Positions 9,788-16,881 of a stretch of DNA of 34,292 nucleotides are shown here, piece after piece. Source of the stretch: Verrucomicrobiota bacterium (GTDB taxonomy: Bacteria; Verrucomicrobiota; Verrucomicrobiia; Opitutales; Coraliomargaritaceae); assembly GCA_039815375.1 (NCBI GenBank), contig JBCBZJ010000028.1, positions 1-34,292 of the forward strand. Direction: 5' to 3'. Position 1 is the stretch's first letter, and each line of letters opens with the position of its first letter. The position numbers and the translations under genes are program-made. The notes beneath the pieces were generated by a model that was not told the DNA's origin, did no database searches, and worked only from the letters and a program-made list of their open reading frames with translations.

Positions 9788-10374
9788 TGGAGGAAAGCGT
9801 GTGGAAGCCACTCAATTTACATGGCCGTAACGGACAGCGAAAATACTTAAACCTAATCGAGAGAGACGCATTCTTGCGGGCCTCGGAAATTCTACCCCAC
9901 AAGAAACGGTTGTTCTGCTACGTGCTCGCCTGCACCGGATGTCGTATCTCCGAAGCTCTCGCGCTGAGCCCGAGCAACCTAGATGTGGCGGAAAGCGTTA
10001 TCATCATTGAATCCCTTAAACAGCGACGCAGAGGGGTTTACCGAGTTGTTCCCGCTCCCAAAGAGCTGATCGATCTACTTCTTGAGATCAGTGATGATCG
10101 CCCCTTCTTCGACTTCTCGAGAACCACAGCATGGAGGTTTGTCAAAAGAGTCATGAAGGAGGCCGGCATTGAAGGTGAATCGAATTCTATGCCAAAGGCT
10201 TTCAGGCATTGTTTCGGCGTTGCACATGCCCAGGCAAAGACTCCTCCGCATCTCATGCAGCGATGGTTTGGTCATGCAAAAATTGAAACGACCAACATTT
10301 ACTTAGATGCCGTCGGAGACGAAGAACGTGCCTTTGCCAGAACGATTTGGCCGTCATTTTCGGACATTGAGTAA
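9787..10374 (+). CDS. Short tyrosine recombinase A (catalytic domain only, FimB/FimE-like size)
   Basis: TGCRISE, SLK, KAFRH, FGH and TTNIY motifs in 195 aa; no N-terminal core-binding or arm-binding domain. Confidence 0.92.
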   Translation: MEESVWKPLNLHGRNGQRKYLNLIERDAFLRASEILPHKKRLFCYVLACTGCRISEALALSPSNLDVAESVIIIESLKQRRRGVYRVVPAPKELIDLLLEISDDRPFFDFSRTTAWRFVKRVMKEAGIEGESNSMPKAFRHCFGVAHAQAKTPPHLMQRWFGHAKIETTNIYLDAVGDEERAFARTIWPSFSDIE

Positions 10375-10395
10375 AAAGATTTTTAGTCAAATTTC

Positions 10396-10422
10396 TGAAA
10401 CAGAATTACCTATTCTGTTTCA
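10396..10422 (-). repeat. Recombination-site candidate A2 (exact inverted copy of A1)
   Basis: TGAAACAGAA-TTACCTA-TTCTGTTTCA is the 27/27 reverse complement of 9761-9787. Confidence 0.85.
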
Positions 10423-10549
10423 CTCTCCATACGAACGTATTTTAACTAATAATTTCAATATCTTGGGGCGATGATTGAGTTCAACCAAGAGCCTATGATC
10501 GAGTTATTAAAACTAAGTTTCGAAACATCTAAACTAGTTTGCAAATACC

Positions 10550-10576
10550 TGTCCGATTTTAGGTAATAACCGGACA
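10550..10576 (+). repeat. Recombination-site candidate B1
   Basis: TGTCCGATTT-TAGGTAA-TAACCGGACA: same core as the A sites, with different imperfect arms. Confidence 0.8.
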
Positions 10577-10621
10577 CTATAAAGATGATTGATACTCAGA
10601 AATGTGCAATCTGAATCGTCC

Positions 10622-11209
10622 TTACCACGCTATTTTGGCCGCTTCGCGAGCCTCTTTTCCTTGGGCATCCAAGTAGATTAAAGTCGTTTCTAGTGAGGCG
10701 TGTCCCATCCAATCCTGTATCAGCCTCGGGTTTGTTTTGTGCTGCGCATGAAATACCCCAAAGGCGTGGCGAAGGCCACGCGGTGTTGCATGAGGACCGT
10801 CAATTCCGGTGATTTCCATTACTCTTTTGACTGCACGATAGCCTGTCTTTTCGGAAAAGCCCCAGATGGATTTTTTGCCGTGCCCACTGTGATGCTTGCT
10901 CAGTAAATTAACAGCCTTCTTCATCCAATTCAGTCGGACAGGGATTTCTCGATATAGGCCGCGCCGTCTTTTCTTGAGGGATTCGATGACCAGAACGCCC
11001 TCTGCTAGGTCAAAGCTTTCCAGTCTGAGGCGATGGGCTTCAGTTGGCCTGCATCCAGTGCAAAAAATTGTGTAGCAGTAGAGCTCCTTAATTGGATCTC
11101 TAAGCCCCGAAATACAGTCGCGGAAACGGGCTCTCTCCTCCGGTGTGAGATATTTTCTGAGCCCGTTTCTGTCGCGTAGTTGAAGTGACTGCAAGTGTGC
11201 CTCCGGCAT
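10622..11209 (-). CDS. Short tyrosine recombinase B (paralog of A)
   Basis: TGCRPTE, SLK, RGLRH, MGH and TTLIY motifs in 195 aa. Shares L.L..RNG.RKYL...ER and ESLK.RRRG.YR with recombinase A. Confidence 0.92.
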   Translation of the reverse strand: MPEAHLQSLQLRDRNGLRKYLTPEERARFRDCISGLRDPIKELYCYTIFCTGCRPTEAHRLRLESFDLAEGVLVIESLKKRRRGLYREIPVRLNWMKKAVNLLSKHHSGHGKKSIWGFSEKTGYRAVKRVMEITGIDGPHATPRGLRHAFGVFHAQHKTNPRLIQDWMGHASLETTLIYLDAQGKEAREAAKIAW

Positions 11210-11235
11210 GTCCGATTATTACCTATACTCGGTCA
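11209..11235 (-). repeat. Recombination-site candidate B2 (inverted relative to B1)
   Basis: The minus strand reads TGACCGAGTA-TAGGTAA-TAATCGGACA, 23/27 identical to B1. The final A is the A of the recombinase B ATG. Confidence 0.8.
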
Positions 11236-11285
11236 AATCACTTAAAACACTACACTGGAGATACTTACAAATCAACTAAAGCAAG

Positions 11286-11915
11286 ATGACTAAAAGATAC
11301 GAAAAAATCGGACAGGCGAATATCTATCGTGAAAAAAAGAAAAACGGCTGCGGTCCAATTATCGGCGTAATCCTACTATTCTTTGTAGCAATGGCACTGC
11401 TCAGTGAATGCTCCGGTGCTGAACTCACAGGCAAACCGCTCGACTTGATTCTCAATGATCCTATCCCGGCCAATGCCAACAAAGGCGTGTCCAATCCATC
11501 GCGATTATCCAAAGTCAGCGGTGAACCGCGCTTGCTGATGTATGAGAAGCGCAGCGGCAATATCTCCCCTTTTCAGTTCGCAGTCGAAACCTCAAAGCAA
11601 GCCGATCGGTTGGTGATATTGGCAGCTAGCACTGAAAAGTATAAAACCCAAGCAGTTGACCATGCTCAAAAGTTAGCGAAATGGCTGGAACTCGAACTAA
11701 ATACTGTTGAGCGTGTTCAAATTATTGTCTATCAAAATGACAAAGGAGTTGGGTATTACTACTATGTTAGTGGATTAACTCATTGGGATAATGAAGGGCC
11801 TGTCTTAGCTATGAAACCAGATCAGGCTACGGCAGAGTTAGAGAAAGTCGTCTGGACTCACAAGGCTAGGCTTGCCTTGATTGAGCGTGGTGAGCACCTA
11901 GACATCCTGAATTAA
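11286..11915 (+). CDS. Membrane-anchored hypothetical protein
   Basis: 209-aa ORF with a basic N-terminus followed by one hydrophobic helix (IIGVILLFFVAMALL). Confidence 0.65.
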   Translation: MTKRYEKIGQANIYREKKKNGCGPIIGVILLFFVAMALLSECSGAELTGKPLDLILNDPIPANANKGVSNPSRLSKVSGEPRLLMYEKRSGNISPFQFAVETSKQADRLVILAASTEKYKTQAVDHAQKLAKWLELELNTVERVQIIVYQNDKGVGYYYYVSGLTHWDNEGPVLAMKPDQATAELEKVVWTHKARLALIERGEHLDILN

Positions 11916-12586
11916 GGAGGGAGCGGCACTGCTCCGAATGTAACTTCTTCGTGGAAGTCAGCTTCGTCTTGTGAATATCTGCCAGAAAGAGCCGTTTCGA
12001 TTATCTGTCTTTCCTCTGGTGTGTTCGCATTTTCGTAATCTTCACGCTGATCTTTCAGCGCTTTGATCGCATCACGTTCCATTTCGATTTCAGTTTTCAA
12101 TTTTTCAGCTTCATCGGTCATATCCAAACCAGTTTGGCGCGAACTGCGGATTTCTTCTTCGAGCAAGATCGTTAATTCTTCTATCCTAATCGTCTTTGGA
12201 TCAACACCGAGTAGATCGGTCAGCCGTTTGCTTTCGTCGGCAGAAATGCCGTCGTGGATATTACTTAGCAGATCTTCCAACTCATGCATCCGGTCAAAAG
12301 CTTCTTGCGCTGCTAGCTCCGCAGTTTGCCTTTCCACTAGTAGTTCATCAATGCGGGCTTGGATTTCCGCAATCATGGCATCCAGCTTGGCCAGATATTC
12401 ATTTACTTCATTCAGCTGGATCAAGAGATCGAAGCCATCCTTTTTCTTGCGGTCGAGGTTATCGGATCGACGCCTATCCAAACCGGACATCCCGGAAAAG
12501 CTCAGTGCTTCTTCATCCAGATTGCCCATCTGAACTGCCTGAACCTGCTCTAAACGCTGTTTTTGACGATCACCTTCTTGTCCCAT
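11912..12586 (-). CDS. Acidic coiled-coil hypothetical protein
   Basis: 224-aa ORF rich in E/L/A heptads; its stop overlaps the stop of the convergent gene. Confidence 0.65.
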   Translation of the reverse strand: MGQEGDRQKQRLEQVQAVQMGNLDEEALSFSGMSGLDRRRSDNLDRKKKDGFDLLIQLNEVNEYLAKLDAMIAEIQARIDELLVERQTAELAAQEAFDRMHELEDLLSNIHDGISADESKRLTDLLGVDPKTIRIEELTILLEEEIRSSRQTGLDMTDEAEKLKTEIEMERDAIKALKDQREDYENANTPEERQIIETALSGRYSQDEADFHEEVTFGAVPLPP

Positions 12587-12881
12587 CCATATATCGTACC
12601 GATAAATAGTTAAGATTTTCTAAAATTGGTCTGGTCGTAGCTCAAAACCAGCATCCATGGCAATGCCTGTGCCCTCTTGCGATCACCTGCCCACAAAAGG
12701 AATCAATTACCTCAAATTGCTACTATGCGTTTAAACATGGGTCTTAAAGCATTCTCCACGAGCACGGCTTAATCTGCACGCTCGTTTGAGCCATCCCGAC
12801 ATACCCACGCATCGCTAATTGTTCAGACAATTAAGAAGCCCTATTCGAATGGCTCACTTCTCAAACAAAGGAGGTCATACC

Positions 12882-13097
12882 ATGACAGAGATAGAGAAAC
12901 TGAGTTACCATGACATTGAAGTCACACCTGCAAATAAGCTGCTGGAACTGCCAGACAAGCGTTTAGAGGCCTTCATTACTGAAGCCGACCGGATTCGCAA
13001 TGACGCCGAAACAACCATGAACTGGCTCAAATCGATCAAAACGATGAAAGCTCAAATTGCACGTGCGGAACAAGTAAAAGTCGGAGGTACTGAATGA
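12882..13097 (+). CDS. Small prophage-type hypothetical protein
   Basis: AAGGAGG RBS before ATG 12882; ATGA overlap with the next gene. Confidence 0.65.
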   Translation: MTEIEKLSYHDIEVTPANKLLELPDKRLEAFITEADRIRNDAETTMNWLKSIKTMKAQIARAEQVKVGGTE

Positions 13098-13306
13098 CTG
13101 ATACTGACAATGTATCCGCGTCTCATTTTTCAGAGATGCAAGGAGATGCTTACAATGACGAAGAAATCAGGGAGCTTCGTCGTAGAGCATGGATTGAGCA
13201 AGGTATCTTCATTGCTTTATGCAAAGATGGCGAATTACTGCCCTACGAACGCAGATCACTGCTACGCATTGGCCATAAACTCTACGGAAAGGCAGGTGCA
13301 GCATGA
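13094..13306 (+). CDS. Small prophage-type hypothetical protein
   Basis: GGAGG RBS, ATGA coupling at both ends, and an LRRRAW..QG...LYG motif recalled from genes preceding DUF6362. Confidence 0.65.
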   Translation: MTDTDNVSASHFSEMQGDAYNDEEIRELRRRAWIEQGIFIALCKDGELLPYERRSLLRIGHKLYGKAGAA

Positions 13307-13704
13307 GCTACATCCACAAGCAGCACTGGAATAAGAAGATCGTCATGGCTTATTTAGAGGATGCGGCTGACATCCATCGTAGACTGCCTCAAGTCAAAGT
13401 CGATGGTTACTACAATTTGTGGCCAGAAACGATGCGCGACGAATGGACGAAGCTCTACGATGCAGTCAACGGAACCAATCAGCTCGGCGCGCCCAATGCG
13501 CGCGAAGTCAGCTATCATGAAAAAATCATGGAATGGCTTCGCTGGGTTCAGCCCGATCAACAGCAACTGGTCTGGATGCGTGCGAACCGCATTCCATGGA
13601 AAATTCTGATTGATCAGTTCGGCGCAAGTAAGGCGACCCTATGGCGAAAAGTGGATAATGGATTAGCGCGCATCGAATCCACGCTAATAGCCAATCAGGA
13701 GTAA
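13303..13704 (+). CDS. DUF6362-like protein with C-terminal HTH (putative phage transcription regulator)
   Basis: W....V...LEDAAD..RRLP.VKV.GY...WPE and WLRW......LVWMRA..IPWK motifs, ending in a helix-turn-helix. Confidence 0.7.
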   Translation: MSYIHKQHWNKKIVMAYLEDAADIHRRLPQVKVDGYYNLWPETMRDEWTKLYDAVNGTNQLGAPNAREVSYHEKIMEWLRWVQPDQQQLVWMRANRIPWKILIDQFGASKATLWRKVDNGLARIESTLIANQE

Positions 13705-13709
13705 ATGAG

Positions 13710-13751
13710 AAGTGTTTCACCTTCATTTAAACCATGAAGGGTGAAACACTT
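13710..13751. repeat. Long inverted repeat between convergent genes (terminator or protein-binding site)
   Basis: AAGTGTTTCACCTTCAT-TTAAACC-ATGAAGGGTGAAACACTT: a 17-bp stem with one bulge. Confidence 0.65.
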
Positions 13752-13776
13752 TTTCCGATTTTAGGGTATATTATTT

Positions 13777-14088
13777 CTAGTCTGGAGAATTTGCGCCTTT
13801 GAGCGAACAATCATTAACCCACCCCTTGGTGTAGGCACTCCCGAAGTCCATTTTCTCCTGATAGGCTGCCGGATCGGTTTCACGAAGATGGAGCAGTTTG
13901 GCAAGCTGCTCAGAGGCATTGATCATCAATGCTTTCATTTCGTCATCAGTAATGCGACTGGCAGAAGGATCATCCAACACCGGATCGTGACGACCGGCAT
14001 GAAGATTCTCTATCGGGCCATTCCTGAAAGCAAGGGCTGTCAAAATGTTCGCTTCATCACGAATGGATAGCTCCGGATCTTCTGTCAT
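13777..14088 (-). CDS. Hypothetical protein
   Basis: Probable start MTEDPEL; conserved-looking segment AFRNGPIENLHAG...SRITDDEMKALMI. Confidence 0.7.
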   Translation of the reverse strand: MTEDPELSIRDEANILTALAFRNGPIENLHAGRHDPVLDDPSASRITDDEMKALMINASEQLAKLLHLRETDPAAYQEKMDFGSAYTKGWVNDCSLKGANSPD

Positions 14089-14182
14089 AGAAATATGGAT
14101 ACAGAAATTGAAGATTAATAGCAATTATCAAAAAAGAGAATTCAACCAAGGGCTCACTACAGATGCCTTTGATTGATGTTTG

Positions 14183-14212
14183 AGCGGCCTGCCTTCGCAG
14201 GTCGCTTTTTTT
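14183..14212 (+). terminator. Terminator-like hairpin upstream of the 14235 gene
   Basis: AGCGGCCTGC-CTTC-GCAGGTCGCT followed by a T run. Confidence 0.55.
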
Positions 14213-14234
14213 AACCCAACGAAAGGAACTCAAC

Positions 14235-14444
14235 ATGAGTGATGAAAACCAAAACAACAAACCAGACCTCTTTGTCTATGTCGTCAGAGAGACAGAGGAG
14301 AAGAACTACTTCACCAAGATTGGGGTAGCTTTTGCTCATTCCACCGGAGGCGGACTGACCATCGATTTATCGGCACATCCGATTGATCGAAAGCTGGTTC
14401 TATTCCCACATAAGGAAGACGACGCTTCCCCAAGTGTAGATTAG
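14235..14444 (+). CDS. Small mobile-element hypothetical protein (beta-rich)
   Basis: AAGGA RBS; YVV.E......FTKIG.AF.H..G.G..I.L...P.....VL pattern recalled from plasmids and ICEs. Confidence 0.7.
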   Translation: MSDENQNNKPDLFVYVVRETEEKNYFTKIGVAFAHSTGGGLTIDLSAHPIDRKLVLFPHKEDDASPSVD

Positions 14445-14508
14445 CTACCAGCCCGTTCCGTCAAAGTTGGCGGAACGGGCGCGTTCAGGCAGTAAAGGAG
14501 AAAACAAA

Positions 14509-14781
14509 TTGATCGGCTACAACATCGACACACTAAACCATGAAGAACTTCGCACGCTTGCTCATGACCTACAGCGCCTATGCGAATACTACGAAACACG
14601 GATGCTGAATAAAGCTGAGGTCGCGGAAAAAGCAGGCATGACAATCTCATGGCTCAATAACAGTATGTGCAATAAGGCTGTAAGGCTACGTCAAGCAGGC
14701 ATCCGCTACGGCACTAGCCCAAACGCTCCTATTCGCTACCCTCTGGCTGAGGTCGTTGCGATTTGTTTGGAGAGAAAATAA
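14509..14781 (+). CDS. Excisionase/AlpA-like HTH protein
   Basis: AAGGAG RBS before TTG 14509; MLNKAEVAEKAGMTISWL...IRYP winged-HTH pattern; adjacent to the att site. Confidence 0.6.
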   Translation: MIGYNIDTLNHEELRTLAHDLQRLCEYYETRMLNKAEVAEKAGMTISWLNNSMCNKAVRLRQAGIRYGTSPNAPIRYPLAEVVAICLERK

Positions 14782-14859
14782 CCTTTAAACAGCGCTATTG
14801 CTCAAACTCAGCAGGCGTGTTAGCCTCTGCTTTGTTTGTTATGCACAAGAAAATGCAAT

Positions 14860-15121
14860 TGAGGGTATTTTTCGAGGTATCAAACAAATGAGACAGATCA
14901 AGGAGCGAGTAAAAACAAGGACTTAGCACTCGATTGTGGTTCCCTTCACCCGCTCCAAGAACCCTTCCATACTCTTCTATAGTTTTCTATTTTTTCGCAG
15001 ATTTCTGCGGGTTTGCGAAACATGTGTCTTCTATGGTCATCTGTGTGCAGCCATTGGCATCTATCTAAAATGAGGGTATTTCTAAGGGTATCAAATTAGC
15101 CAACCGCAGGAGGTACCCTCA
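14860..15121 (+). mobile_element. attP-like site of a P4-family integrative element: tRNA-Gly 3'-end core with arm repeats on both sides
   Basis: Core TTCCCTTCACCCGCTCCA at 14940-14957. Arm repeats TGAGGGTATTTTTCGAGGTATCAAA (14860-14884) and TGAGGGTATTTCTAAGGGTATCAAA (15071-15095) are 21/25 identical, with an inverted copy GTACCCTCA at 15113-15121. No tRNA body lies upstream of the core. Confidence 0.8.
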
Positions 15122-15122
15122 T

Positions 15123-16304
15123 TTGAGATTAACTGACACGAAATGCCGTAGTTTTAAAGCCAAAGACAAACCATACAAAGAAAGCGACGGAGCTGGTCTT
15201 TATCTGCTAATTAAGCCGAACAGTCGAAAATACTGGCGTATGAATTACCGCTACAGCGATAAAGCCAAAACACTGGCAATCGGGGTTTACCCCGACATCA
15301 GCCTTAAGGAAGCCAGAAACAGACGCAACGAAGCTCGGAAGTTACTCGACGAAGGTAAAGACCCAAGCTTCGAAAAACAGCGTGACAAGCTTCGTCAGCA
15401 GATCGCCGTTGATAATCAATTTTTCATCATTGCCGCCGAATGGCTGAGCAAGAAGCAGAAGACGATTTCAAAAATTTATCACGGACAACTGACGACTATC
15501 TTGGAAAAAGACATCAACCCTGTCATTGGGAAGATGCCAATCAATGAGATCACAGCTCCCGAACTACTTCTTGCATTAAGAAAGATCGAAGAGCGGGGCG
15601 CATTTGATACTGTCCGCAAAGCGCGTCAGTGTTGCGGACAAATTTTTCGCTATGCAATCGCGATCGGCAAAGCAGAGCGGGACATAGCACAGGATCTCAA
15701 AGGAGCACTAGAACCTTATGAATCCAAAAATCATGCTTACCTTGAAGAATCGGAGCTACCTGAATTCTTCGAACGATTATCTTGCTTTGACGGCAATCCG
15801 ATAACCATTGCAGCAATTGAACTGCTTATGCTGACATTTGTGAGAACACAGGAAATACGCTTCGCGGTTTGGACGGAATTCGACCTGAAGAAAAAACACT
15901 GGCGCATTCCACCGGAGCGCATGAAAAACAAAAAGCAGCATATTGTGCCGCTTTCTTCGCAAGCGGTTGATGTCCTCAAACGCATCAAAGCACTAACAGG
16001 AGAACGGAAATTCCTCTTCCAGAATTCAAATGTTCCGGTTCAGCCTATCAGTGAAAATACCATGCTCTATGCCATTTATCGCATGGGCTATCATGGCCGT
16101 GCAACCATTCACGGATTTAGATCTACTGCCTCAACGATCCTTCATGAGAATAGGTTCAATAGCGACGTGATTGAACGACAACTTGCCCACGTCGAAAGAA
16201 ACAAGATTAAGGCTGCTTACAATCACGCGCAGCATCTCGAGGAACGCACTGAAATGATGCAGTGGTGGGCTGACCATTTGGATACATTTAGACCTAAGAA
16301 GTAA
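15123..16304 (+). CDS. P4-family tyrosine integrase with arm-binding domain
   Basis: LTD...K.YK.SDG.GLYL arm domain, plus R.QE, HGFR, QLAH, AAYNH and MMQWW motifs. Confidence 0.97.
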   Translation: MRLTDTKCRSFKAKDKPYKESDGAGLYLLIKPNSRKYWRMNYRYSDKAKTLAIGVYPDISLKEARNRRNEARKLLDEGKDPSFEKQRDKLRQQIAVDNQFFIIAAEWLSKKQKTISKIYHGQLTTILEKDINPVIGKMPINEITAPELLLALRKIEERGAFDTVRKARQCCGQIFRYAIAIGKAERDIAQDLKGALEPYESKNHAYLEESELPEFFERLSCFDGNPITIAAIELLMLTFVRTQEIRFAVWTEFDLKKKHWRIPPERMKNKKQHIVPLSSQAVDVLKRIKALTGERKFLFQNSNVPVQPISENTMLYAIYRMGYHGRATIHGFRSTASTILHENRFNSDVIERQLAHVERNKIKAAYNHAQHLEERTEMMQWWADHLDTFRPKK

Positions 16305-16332
16305 CTCCACTACTTGTCCTAACTTTATCATG

Positions 16333-16360
16333 GCCGGATCAAACTTTGATCCGGCTTTTT
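16333..16360 (+). terminator. Intrinsic terminator after the integrase
   Basis: GCCGGATCAAA-C-TTTGATCCGGC-TTTTT. Confidence 0.8.
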
Positions 16361-16392
16361 ATTACACCCGACTGCGTAAGTTTCGCCGGATA

Positions 16393-16438
16393 GCGAGATG
16401 GCCTTTTGTCGAACAAAAACTCGCTTCGCTCATCTCGC
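16393..16438. other. Candidate MOBP oriT
   Basis: Nested inverted repeats GCGAGATG/CATCTCGC and TTTTGT-CGA-ACAAAA immediately upstream of mobC. Confidence 0.5.
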
Positions 16439-16533
16439 AAAGGGAATTGTGCATTCCCGTTTGATCCCAGCATGAACCGCCGAGGCCCGGTTCAATCGGC
16501 CTTACATCGCACCAACAGAAAAGGAACTTTCCA

Positions 16534-16881
16534 ATGTCGCGTCCACGCAAGACGGAGGCAGCTCGTATGTCACGCCGCATTACCTTCCGCGTCACTCAGG
16601 CGGAGTATGACCGCCTGACCATCAAGGCAAAAAGCCTTAGCCTGAGTGCTGCGCAATTTGCCCGCAAACTTGCACTCGATCCGCGCAATAAGATCGTATT
16701 GAACACATACAAGCGTTTCGATCCGGCATACATCGCACAGCTCAAGAGGATCGGCAATAATCTCAATCAGCTCGTCAAAAACGCACATGTCTTCAAGCGA
16801 GTATCACCACGAGTGGATCTTTTGCTGGAAGACATTCGAGCCATCATCTTCATGGCGATTGATGAGGAGTTTGACGATTGA
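16534..16881 (+). CDS. mobC: Relaxosome accessory protein MobC
   Basis: RHH-like ITFRVT..EY and the signature QLKRIGNNLNQL; overlaps the relaxase start. Confidence 0.92.
   Translation: MSRPRKTEAARMSRRITFRVTQAEYDRLTIKAKSLSLSAAQFARKLALDPRNKIVLNTYKRFDPAYIAQLKRIGNNLNQLVKNAHVFKRVSPRVDLLLEDIRAIIFMAIDEEFDD

Noticed and set aside
9787..11209. Chromosomal xerC/xerD, integron integrase or RIT element
   Set aside because: The proteins are about 100 aa too short, lack the N-terminal domain and the IntI insertion, and number two convergent genes rather than three in tandem.
12819..14781. Intact prophage
   Set aside because: No terminase, capsid, tail or lysis genes are present in the window.
14940..14957. 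tRNA-Gly gene
   Set aside because: Only the last 18 nt are present; upstream sequence has no GTTCGA T-loop or cloverleaf. Treated as an att core.
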